From Dehalococcoidia bacterium (lineage in GTDB: Bacteria; Chloroflexota; Dehalococcoidia; Lucifugimonadales; Lucifugimonadaceae): a stretch of 64,000 bases of DNA. The notes under the pieces were generated by a model, which saw only the letters and a program-made list of their open reading frames with translations, was not told where the DNA came from and made no database searches. Shown here piece after piece: positions 54,964 to 63,409 of the stretch (its first letter is position 1; every line of letters starts with the position of its first letter). The position numbers were made by a program, and so were the translations under genes. Location: the NCBI GenBank assembly GCA_026421185.1, contig JAPKCH010000003.1, positions 12,375-76,374 on the forward strand, given 5' to 3'.

Positions 54964-56595
54964 TTGAGCCCCGTATACCTCAATTCACAGAAACTCGACG
55001 CTAATACCAACGACTCATTGTTTGATCTTGCTGATTCACTTTCGGTCAGAGTGCCGACGTCATGCGGTCGTACCGGCGAGTGCCACGAATGTATCGTCGA
55101 AGTCCGGAAAGGTACCGAAGCCCTTACTCCACCGACTGAAGAGGAAAAGTTTCTTCGAGGTAACTATCGTCTCGCTTGTCAGGCGTGTGTCACAGATACA
55201 GAAGTCGATATTGATTTTGCAGTCCTAAGACGGCAACCCCGAATTCTCACTGCTGGAACCAAGCGTGAGATAAAGCTTCAGCCTGCGTATGTCCGTGTCG
55301 AAGACGAAGTTGTGTTCAATGGCGCTGATGGACAAGTATCAGTAGATAAATACCGCGGAGCTATTTACGGGATTGCTGCAGATCTGGGTACTACCACTGT
55401 CGTCCTCAACCTCGTGAATCTCGAAACAGGTGAAACCGTATACACGGCATCCTTCGAGAATCCTCAGCGATTTGGTGGCAGCGACATCATGAACCGTATT
55501 TCCTACGATGGCGGGAAAGACGCGGGCGAACTACGAGCGGTGATGGTCTCATCCATCAATTTCGAAATTGGTGAAATGGTTCGTGCTCTGAAAATTCGTA
55601 GACGTCAGATTTTTGAATTCGTAGCGGTTGGAAATACCACGATGCGAGATTTGTTTTTTGGTATCGATGTGCAAAGCATCGGAACTCGGCCATATAAATC
55701 GTTGATAGAAGATGAGTTCCGAGAATCAAAACGCGAAACCACCGCACTCACTACAAGTGCAGCCGAACTCGAACTTAGAATCAACCCTAAAGCTACAGTC
55801 TATGGCGGTCCGCTCATCGCATCCCACCTGGGAGCTGATACAGCGGCCGATCTTCTTGCTTTGGGTATTGAGGACCAAATAGAACCGGTCATTCTCGTCG
55901 ATGTTGGTACAAATACTGAGGTTGTTATTGGTAACCGCGATCGCCTACTGGCGGCCTCATGCCCTGCTGGACCTGCATTCGAAGGTGGCGAAGTTACCTA
56001 CGGCATGCCTGGATATGATGGTGCAGTTGAAAAAGTAACGATCGATGAGAACGGTGAAGCCGAATCGCAAGCGATAGGTGAAATCGACCCGATTGGTATT
56101 TGTGGATCAGGACTGATTGATCTGCTGGCTGAACTACGCCGTACAAATCTAATGAACCCACTCGGGAAGTTCGAAGACGACTCAAACGAGTACGAATTTT
56201 CCTCTACCAACAACCTTACTATTTCACGAGCCGATATTTCTGCACTAGCTCAGGCCAAAGCTGCGAACTATTGTGGTCAAGCTATTGTTCTCAGAGAGTA
56301 CGGACTTCCAATAGAGAAGTTCGAAAAGCTTTACCTTGCCGGCGGATTCGCCAACTATGTCGATGAATCTAACGCCATAGATATTGGGTTTATCGCAAAC
56401 ATGCCACTGGAAAAAGTCGAAAAAGTTGGAAACGCATCGCTGGAAGGTGCTGTCATCATGCTTTTATCGACCGTCAAACGGGTCGAAATCGAAAAGTTGA
56501 CAGCTACTATCGAACACGTGGAACTCGAAACGGCTCCTGACTTTTTCGATTTCTTCGTGGAAGGTTGCATGTTCAAGCCGATGGAATCGGTGTAG
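54964..56595 (+). CDS. RACo-type reductive activator of corrinoid enzymes (2Fe-2S ferredoxin + ASKHA ATPase)
   Basis: TTG start. N-terminal plant-type ferredoxin 'SCGRTGECHEC...LACQAC'. ASKHA phosphate-1 motif 'IAADLGTTTVV' and a second 'VDVGTNTEVV'. 543 aa. Confidence 0.85.
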   Translation: MSPVYLNSQKLDANTNDSLFDLADSLSVRVPTSCGRTGECHECIVEVRKGTEALTPPTEEEKFLRGNYRLACQACVTDTEVDIDFAVLRRQPRILTAGTKREIKLQPAYVRVEDEVVFNGADGQVSVDKYRGAIYGIAADLGTTTVVLNLVNLETGETVYTASFENPQRFGGSDIMNRISYDGGKDAGELRAVMVSSINFEIGEMVRALKIRRRQIFEFVAVGNTTMRDLFFGIDVQSIGTRPYKSLIEDEFRESKRETTALTTSAAELELRINPKATVYGGPLIASHLGADTAADLLALGIEDQIEPVILVDVGTNTEVVIGNRDRLLAASCPAGPAFEGGEVTYGMPGYDGAVEKVTIDENGEAESQAIGEIDPIGICGSGLIDLLAELRRTNLMNPLGKFEDDSNEYEFSSTNNLTISRADISALAQAKAANYCGQAIVLREYGLPIEKFEKLYLAGGFANYVDESNAIDIGFIANMPLEKVEKVGNASLEGAVIMLLSTVKRVEIEKLTATIEHVELETAPDFFDFFVEGCMFKPMESV

Positions 56596-56783
56596 CGCTG
56601 CACTTGATTGAGAGTACACAGGTTCAACTGCTGAGCTTCTCTAGATTTTCCTAACCGACTGTCGGCACAGGAATTATCAACTTCTTCACGGCTGATCATT
56701 AACATAAATGGTCCATAAACATGCAATGAATCAAAAGCTCTTGAATTGGTGCGGGGATAGATTGGTAGGTATCATTCTGAATT

Positions 56784-57770
56784 ATGACCACCAAAGTACT
56801 AATCACCGACTACGTATGGCCTTCGACAGATCCTGAACGAGAAGTTCTAGAAGCTGACGGCATTGAACTGGTTATCGCCCCCGACACTTCGGAATCTACT
56901 CTCGCTGAGCTAGCAAAAGATGTCGACGCTATCATGTTTTGTTTCGCACAAGTAACAGCCAAAGTTCTTGAGTCTGCGAAAAAATGCAAAATTGCAGCAC
57001 GGTACGGAATCGGCGTCGATAACGTTGATATTGCGAAAGCAACGGAACTCGGAATAGTAGTAACAAACGTTCCTGATTACTGCATGGACGAAGTAACTGA
57101 TCATGCATTAGCTATGATCCTAGCTTTGAATCGCCGGCTAGTGCCACACACAAGTTCTGTTGTGGCAGGTGGTTGGAATGACGTAGCGTTGAACCAACCT
57201 ATGCACCGAACGCGTGGGGCCACTCTAGGTATCGTCGGTTACGGCCGAATCGGCCGCTCTCTCGGTGCTAAGGCCGTGGGCTTTGGCATGGAAATTCTTG
57301 CGTACGATCCCATGATAGAAGTAGGTTCAGACGTAGAAGGGGCAACAGCCGTTTCACTCGATCATCTACTGGCGAAGTCTGACTTCGTTTCATTACATGT
57401 ACCGCTTATACCTACAACCCAAAATATGATCAGTGCACCTGAACTGGCAAAGATGAAAGCCGGTTCGATAATTGTGAACTGCGCTCGTGGAGGTCTGATC
57501 GATGAAGATGCTCTCGCTGCTTCACTAGCATCGGGCCACACTGCAGGCGCGGGACTTGATGTTGTAGAACCAACTCCCCCTAGTTCTGACAGCGCTCTTA
57601 TTCAGCAAGAAAATGTGATCATCACGCCTCACACTGCATTCTTCTCTCAGGCTTCCACATTGGAACTTGAGCAACGAACTGCTCAGGAAGTCGTTCGTGT
57701 ACTCGCTGGAGAAAAACCTAAGAACCTGATCAACCCACACGTGTTGGGCAAAGCGCGATCAGGAATTTAG
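56784..57770 (+). CDS. D-isomer-specific 2-hydroxyacid dehydrogenase (CtBP/PGDH-like)
   Basis: Motifs 'GIGVDNVDI', 'GATLGIVGYGRIG', 'IVNCARGGLID' and 'LDVVEPTP...IITPHTAF'. Confidence 0.9.
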   Translation: MTTKVLITDYVWPSTDPEREVLEADGIELVIAPDTSESTLAELAKDVDAIMFCFAQVTAKVLESAKKCKIAARYGIGVDNVDIAKATELGIVVTNVPDYCMDEVTDHALAMILALNRRLVPHTSSVVAGGWNDVALNQPMHRTRGATLGIVGYGRIGRSLGAKAVGFGMEILAYDPMIEVGSDVEGATAVSLDHLLAKSDFVSLHVPLIPTTQNMISAPELAKMKAGSIIVNCARGGLIDEDALAASLASGHTAGAGLDVVEPTPPSSDSALIQQENVIITPHTAFFSQASTLELEQRTAQEVVRVLAGEKPKNLINPHVLGKARSGI

Positions 57771-57948
57771 TCGGTCTGCTAATTGGTCTTAGATCTCAGG
57801 CCTTTAGCGTGATACAGAGATGAGATTACTTGCTCGGTTTAGAGTTACGGGACTCTATATCCGTTGCTCAACCGATGGGAGCATCGTAGTCTTAACCGAT
57901 GTTCAGTTCCAAAGCATTGCATATTGCTATGTTGCTGAAACATAACTA

Positions 57949-58023
57949 GCCAACGTAGCTCAGTGGTAGAGCAGCTCATTCGTAATGAGCAGGTCGGAAG
58001 TTCAATCCTTCTCGTTGGCTCCA
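57949..58023 (+). tRNA. tRNA-Thr (anticodon CGU), CCA encoded
   Basis: Cloverleaf folded by hand. Acceptor GCCAACG/CGTTGGC, D-arm GCTC/GAGC, anticodon arm GCTCA-TTCGTAA-TGAGC, T-arm GGAAG-TTCAATC-CTTCT, discriminator T, then CCA. Confidence 0.93.
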
Positions 58024-58033
58024 TATAAAAAAA

Positions 58034-58066
58034 GCCCTCAACTATACGGTTGGGGGTATTTTGTTT
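58034..58066 (+). terminator. rho-independent terminator after tRNA-Thr
   Basis: GCCCTCAAC-TATACG-GTTGGGGGT followed by ATTTTGTTT. Confidence 0.55.
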
Positions 58067-58103
58067 CAGTAAGACGTCAATGACATGATTATTCATATCG
58101 GTC

Positions 58104-58147
58104 TTAAACAAAAGCGGCCTCGTCGGCATTGGATTGCTAACGAGGCC
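58104..58147 (-). terminator. orphan minus-strand rho-independent terminator
   Basis: Minus strand: GGCCUCGU-(16 nt loop)-ACGAGGCC, then GCUUUUGUUU. There is no annotated minus-strand gene upstream of it. Confidence 0.4.
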
Positions 58148-58305
58148 TATGTCACCCAGAGAGTCCCCAGTGGATGACACAGCTTTAACGATACAGCCTA
58201 CTTCGTTCAAATTGGGTGAATCATCAACCGATTGAACACTTATCCGCTTCTGCCTATCTGACTCTGTGAAACAATTTCTATCAATAGCACTCGCTAACCT
58301 GTCAT

Positions 58306-58974
58306 GTGATGATGTTAGTGTCCGATAAACGAAGTGCTGAAACATATGAAATAAGGTATGCCCGAACATTGAAATTAGCCGTATTGCAACTTCGATCAAA
58401 CTGGTACATACCGCTGATCATCTTTATCGCTGTGGGTTTTGTATTTACGATAGCCAGCTGTGGCGAAAACGGATCAAATGCTGAGTTCGACCCTGAAAGC
58501 TCTCTGATTGCCGAGATTGAAATATCTTCTGTAGCGTTTGAAGACGGTGGCAATGTTCCGATTGAGTACACGTGCGATGGAGAAAACATTTCTCCACCGC
58601 TCCGCTGGTCTGAGGTGCCTATAGGAACGCGTTCGATCGCTATCATCGTGGATGATCCCTACTCCGCGGGTCATATTTTCAGGCACTGGTCTGTTTTCAA
58701 TATTCCATCAGTCACACGATCGCTGGATGCAAACCAAGCGACTACACCTGATTTGAAGAACTCGACCAGACAAGCACTAAATGATTTTGGCGATACGGGA
58801 TACAGTGGTCCATGCCCGCCTGAGGGACAAGAACACGAGTACGTATTCTTTATCTACGCATTGTCTGAGCCGTTGGAGATTGAAGGAAATGCGACTCCAT
58901 TAGATGTTTCGGCTGCACTGCGTGGAAAGGTCGCTGGCACGGGCTCTTTCTCAGGCATATACGTTCGCCGGTAG
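58306..58974 (+). CDS. YbhB/YbcL-family PEBP (Raf-kinase-inhibitor-like) protein with signal/lipoprotein N-terminus
   Basis: Motifs 'IEYTCDGENISPPLRW', 'VDDPYSAGHIFRHW', 'GYSGPCPPEGQEHEYVFFIYAL', and an N-terminal TM helix plus 'IASCG'. Confidence 0.85.
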   Translation: MMMLVSDKRSAETYEIRYARTLKLAVLQLRSNWYIPLIIFIAVGFVFTIASCGENGSNAEFDPESSLIAEIEISSVAFEDGGNVPIEYTCDGENISPPLRWSEVPIGTRSIAIIVDDPYSAGHIFRHWSVFNIPSVTRSLDANQATTPDLKNSTRQALNDFGDTGYSGPCPPEGQEHEYVFFIYALSEPLEIEGNATPLDVSAALRGKVAGTGSFSGIYVRR

Positions 58975-59299
58975 TGTTTTGTGGATTTACCGTACCTTGA
59001 GCACACCCGTAATTGATTTAATTACAGGTAACGTAGAAGAACTGATATTGCTTCGACTGCTCGCAGAATACGTCTACGGTCAGAACTCTGCCCTACCCAA
59101 ATGCAGTACAGGGGTTCTTCAAACCTACTCAGTTCGATACTTCAACACTGTCGCAGGATTTAGCGTTGGTTGAATACCTGTGCAGATGATGCTTGGATTG
59201 GGTGCTAGACTTGCTGATTCGTTCGGAATAGGTAGAGTACGCGCGAGTTTGCGATCAAATTTCAAAATCCTGAGCGCTCGAACAGGCGATTAGGAACAA

Positions 59300-60211
59300 T
59301 TGGCGAGAGTATTGTCGGCACTTCAGCACACTGAACACCCAATTCTGAGCAACACAGTCTTCCTAGCTGCATGGGGCGGCTGGCCAGATGCTGCCGAGTC
59401 AGCTACTCGCTCGCTTCGTGAACTCGTGCGCCAACTTTCAGCCACCCATTTCGCATCTATTGACCCTGAAGATTTTTATGATTTTGCTGAGCAGCGCCCA
59501 GTAATTTCGAATGAGTCAGACGGTTCTCGAAAACTGACCTGGCCAAAGAACGAGTTCTACTACTGGAAATCCGAAGATGGTGGACGCGACTTACTCATAT
59601 TCCTTGGTGTAGAGCCAAATTTGAAATGGCGCACGTACACCGACCTGATCCACAAGGTAGCTAGTGAGAGCGACACCAAATTACTCGTCACTGTTGGCGC
59701 CTTACTTGATTCTGTACCTCACACGCGATCAGCACGTGTGACAGGTTCATCGATTAATACCGATCTAGGCATAGGATTTGAGCACATCAAATACTCAGTG
59801 CCTAACTACGAGGGGCCATCTGGGGTTACGTCTGTTCTTACGGATCGTCTTAACCAAGATAAGATTCCTTCAGCAAGCGTTTGGGGACATTCGCCCCACT
59901 ATTTACAGGTAGCTCAGAATCCAACGCTGACACATGCGATTCTTACCGAGCTACAGCAGTTTATTTCCGCACCTATTGACCTAAGCAAACTGTCCAAAGA
60001 AGCCGAAGAATTCGATGAAAACTTGGTACGAGCGCTTTCTGATCAACAGGAAATTGAAGGATATGTGAAGCGACTTGAGGAACGTTATGACTCGGAAGAG
60101 GAATTTCGACAAAGCCCCGAACCGGCCGCACTGGTCCAAGAACTTGAAGACTTTTTACGCCAGCAACGGGTATCAGATGACCCTACTGGTGATGGAGACA
60201 TCGCAGATTGA
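59300..60211 (+). CDS. PAC2 (proteasome assembly chaperone 2-like) family protein
   Basis: TTG start. 'VFLAAWGGWPDAAESAT', 'LLIFLGVEPNLKW', 'VTVGALLDSVPHTR' and 'EGPSGVTSVL' fit the PAC2/PF09754 pattern seen in actinobacterial proteins. Confidence 0.7.
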   Translation: MARVLSALQHTEHPILSNTVFLAAWGGWPDAAESATRSLRELVRQLSATHFASIDPEDFYDFAEQRPVISNESDGSRKLTWPKNEFYYWKSEDGGRDLLIFLGVEPNLKWRTYTDLIHKVASESDTKLLVTVGALLDSVPHTRSARVTGSSINTDLGIGFEHIKYSVPNYEGPSGVTSVLTDRLNQDKIPSASVWGHSPHYLQVAQNPTLTHAILTELQQFISAPIDLSKLSKEAEEFDENLVRALSDQQEIEGYVKRLEERYDSEEEFRQSPEPAALVQELEDFLRQQRVSDDPTGDGDIAD

Positions 60212-60975
60212 GTAAGATTTCCGAACGACTAACCAAACTCGGGCAGACTGAACGTTCTGGTTTTGGATTTGCCGCAAAAGCGGCAAGCACAAAAATCCCA
60301 GTAATTCTCGTCGGAGTAACGGTCACAGATTCTGCCGCGGCGAAAGGGATTGAAGCAGACCTTTTCGTTCTTTCCCCTGATTCAACTGGAGCGCCTCAGG
60401 CAACTCCAATTGAAGGAGCCGATATATGGGGAGCGGCTGTATCAGGCGGCACATCGAAAGATATCGATGCTACTGTCGAATCCGGCGCTGATTTCGTTTT
60501 GGTGGAAGGAGAATCTGCTCCAGGATCAGCATTACGAGACGATGAGACTAGTAAAGGTTTTGTAGTTGAAAATGACGTATCCGAAAATCGTACTAAAGCA
60601 ATCAATTCAAGTCCTTTTGATTTTCTAATTCTCAATGGTAATGATCTCAAATTACCTCTCAACGTAGGATCAGTTCTCGATGTCCAAGAAGAATTAGCCA
60701 AGTACTCACAACACATTTTTCTAAGTGTTTCTGAGATTCCCGATCAGGAAAATCTGGAGTTACTTCGAGATATCGGGATATCTGCTTTGATTTACGACGG
60801 TAAAACAACTGTTAGTGCTGATCTTGCCTCACTTCGAAAAACTATTGAGCAGCTTGAGCCTAAGAAGCAAAAAAGTAATGCGGGAGCAACTCTCCCCCGT
60901 TCTGGTGAGTCATTCGCTCCAGAAGAGGATCACGAAGATCATGACCACTCCGATGACGACGACGATTGGGAATAA
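60208..60975 (+). CDS. hypothetical protein with strongly acidic C-terminal tail ending DDDDDWE
   Basis: TTG start overlapping the PAC2 stop (TTGA, 4 nt). 255 aa. No recognised motif. Tail 'EEDHEDHDHSDDDDDWE'. Confidence 0.6.
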   Translation: MSKISERLTKLGQTERSGFGFAAKAASTKIPVILVGVTVTDSAAAKGIEADLFVLSPDSTGAPQATPIEGADIWGAAVSGGTSKDIDATVESGADFVLVEGESAPGSALRDDETSKGFVVENDVSENRTKAINSSPFDFLILNGNDLKLPLNVGSVLDVQEELAKYSQHIFLSVSEIPDQENLELLRDIGISALIYDGKTTVSADLASLRKTIEQLEPKKQKSNAGATLPRSGESFAPEEDHEDHDHSDDDDDWE

Positions 60976-61046
60976 AGGTCGTTACAACCAAAATCTCATT
61001 CGTAACGTGGATGTTTGTAACTACCCACAACTAGCAGGAATTCAAT

Positions 61047-62072
61047 ATGACTAATTACACGATCATCGGACTTGGAAGAATCGGCACATCTTTGGGTATG
61101 GCCATCCGTAGCAAGGGTGGACATCGAGTCGTTGGATACGATGCCGATAACACAGCGCAGAGCCTTGCTCAGCGAATGGGAGCTGTCGACGAGACGGAAT
61201 GGAATCTCGATAAGGCCGTTTCCGATGCAGATGTGGTTATAGCAGCTACCCCTGCTGGTGCTCTGTACGACGTTTTCGATGGCATCGCCAGCTATCTAAA
61301 AGCCGGATCTGTTGTGACCGACACGTCCCCTTCTAAGCGATCTGTAATGGAATGGGCGCATGAACTTCTCCCTTCAAACGTCGATTACGTGGGAGGTAAT
61401 CCATTGACGGGTGCTTCGATCAAGGAACAAAAAGACGCTTCTGGCTACATATTCCACAATGCAAAGTGGGCAGTTGTCGCTCCTCCAAATGCAGGTCAGC
61501 AGTCGATTCGATCGATAATTGATCTGATTGAAAATGTTGGGGCTAAACCCGTTTTCATGGATGCCCATGAGCACGATTCTTTTTCGGCAGCAACTAGCGG
61601 TCTACCAGCGGTAGTGTCTGCGGCAGTAATGAATGTTGTAAGTACTTCACCATCTTGGGCGGAAATCAGCCGTTTCGTCGGTGCCGATTTTGACAACATA
61701 ACGGCTCCGGCATCGGGAGATCCAGCATCATCACAAAGTGCTGCGGCTACAAATGCCGACATGCTCGCCCACTGGATCGATCAACTTATTGAACGGTTCC
61801 AAGCGATTAGAGAAGGTTTGATCGACGACGAAGCTCGATTTTCCTCTGATGGAATTCTTGCTGATTCATTTGTCCAGGCATGGGAACAACGTGCGCGACT
61901 CGAAGCAGGCGTAGCTGACCGTCGACCAGAAACTGAAGAACGCGCTTCAATTCCTTCATCTGGCGACAGCATGATGGGACTGTTCTTCGGAAGTCGAATC
62001 TCCAAATTAATGGGCAACAACAAAGAAAAGAAAAAAGACTCGACGACTTACGATCGTCGAAGAATGAACTAA
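61047..62072 (+). CDS. tyrA: prephenate/arogenate dehydrogenase
   Basis: Rossmann motif 'IIGLGRIGTSLG', 'VVIAATPAGA', 'VTDTSPSK', 'YVGGNPLTG' and 'HDSFSAATSGLP'. Confidence 0.85.
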   Translation: MTNYTIIGLGRIGTSLGMAIRSKGGHRVVGYDADNTAQSLAQRMGAVDETEWNLDKAVSDADVVIAATPAGALYDVFDGIASYLKAGSVVTDTSPSKRSVMEWAHELLPSNVDYVGGNPLTGASIKEQKDASGYIFHNAKWAVVAPPNAGQQSIRSIIDLIENVGAKPVFMDAHEHDSFSAATSGLPAVVSAAVMNVVSTSPSWAEISRFVGADFDNITAPASGDPASSQSAAATNADMLAHWIDQLIERFQAIREGLIDDEARFSSDGILADSFVQAWEQRARLEAGVADRRPETEERASIPSSGDSMMGLFFGSRISKLMGNNKEKKKDSTTYDRRRMN

Positions 62073-62082
62073 CAGGACTCGA

Positions 62083-63393
62083 ATGTCAGTAACTATTGCA
62101 CGGCCGCGATCGCTTCGCGGAGAAATTATTGCACCCGGCGATAAGTCCGTTTCACACAGGGCGATTATGTTCAATGCCCTTTCTAACAGGGGTATAGCAA
62201 GGGTCACGAACTTCTCTCCCGGCGCTGATTGCACCTCGACCGTTGAGATTATGCGTGCCCTCGGCGTTGAAATATCACGTAAAGCAGGTAAGCCCGGCAT
62301 GGGTGACAGTCTGACCGTGAAAGGAGTAGGTCTTAACGGACTTCAAGAGCCTTCAGGCATTCTCGATGCTGGAAACAGCGGTACAACAACTCGACTGATG
62401 TCAGGCATCCTTGCCGGTAGAGACATCATGACGATTCTCACCGGTGACGATTCGCTTAGTTCACGTCCCATGGGTCGTGTGGTCAACCCTCTCACCCAGA
62501 TGGGCGCCCAGATTTCTGGCCGAGCGAACAACACACTCGCTCCTCTGGTATTCCATGGCGGATCGCTACAAGGTACTGACTACGATATGCCAGTCGCCTC
62601 CGCACAGTTGAAGTCGTGCCTTCTTCTCGCTGGTCTTAGAGCAGATGGCGTAACAACGCTCACACAACCGGCAGAATCACGTGATCACACCGAGCGTATG
62701 TTCTCTGCAATGGGTGTGAATCTAAAAAAAACTGGATTAGATCTCGTTCTCGAACCTTCCGAATTAGAAACAGTCGATGTTGAAGTTCCTGGTGATATCA
62801 GTAGTGCAGCTTTCTGGATGGTTGCAGGAATCTGCCATCCTGATGCTGAACTAATGATTCGTAACGTAGGTATCAACCCAACGCGTGCAGGAATCATCAC
62901 AGCTCTGCAAATGATGGGTGCAGACCTAACGTTGATTGATCAACGTGAAGTGGCCGGTGAACCTGTAGCTGATGTATTGGTCAAGACCAGTCAACTAAAA
63001 GGAGTCGAACTTTCAGGTGATATTGTTCCATTGCTGATTGATGAAATACCAGTGATCGCCGTCGCTGCCGCCGTTGCAGAGGGCGAAACGGTCGTTAGAG
63101 ACGCTGAAGAACTTCGGGTGAAGGAATCAGACCGTATTGCGGCAAGTGTCTCTTGGTTGAACGGTGCCGGAGTGGAAGCTGTAGGCACGCCTGATGGCAT
63201 GATTGTGGCTGGCGGTAATACAATTCGTGGTGGACAGTTCCAGAGTTTCGATGATCACAGACTTGCCATGAGTTTGGGAGTTGCTGGATTGATTTCTAGT
63301 GAGCCGATCACGGTTCTAGATCCTGAAGTGGCAGGTATCTCGTACCCTAATTTCTGGGAGATTATCGAGAGGATTGGTGGATTGGTTGGGTAA
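62083..63393 (+). CDS. aroA: 3-phosphoshikimate 1-carboxyvinyltransferase (EPSP synthase)
   Basis: Motifs 'APGDKSVSHRAIMF', 'LDAGNSGTTTRLM', 'LSSRPM', 'ELRVKESDRI' and 'DHRLAMS'. Confidence 0.95.
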   Translation: MSVTIARPRSLRGEIIAPGDKSVSHRAIMFNALSNRGIARVTNFSPGADCTSTVEIMRALGVEISRKAGKPGMGDSLTVKGVGLNGLQEPSGILDAGNSGTTTRLMSGILAGRDIMTILTGDDSLSSRPMGRVVNPLTQMGAQISGRANNTLAPLVFHGGSLQGTDYDMPVASAQLKSCLLLAGLRADGVTTLTQPAESRDHTERMFSAMGVNLKKTGLDLVLEPSELETVDVEVPGDISSAAFWMVAGICHPDAELMIRNVGINPTRAGIITALQMMGADLTLIDQREVAGEPVADVLVKTSQLKGVELSGDIVPLLIDEIPVIAVAAAVAEGETVVRDAEELRVKESDRIAASVSWLNGAGVEAVGTPDGMIVAGGNTIRGGQFQSFDDHRLAMSLGVAGLISSEPITVLDPEVAGISYPNFWEIIERIGGLVG

Positions 63394-63409
63394 CTCACCA
63401 GTAGCCAAT

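Noticed and set aside
57845-58399. 184-aa minus-strand ORF
   Set aside because: It runs straight through the tRNA-Thr gene and both terminators and has no motif. It is an artefact of an open frame.
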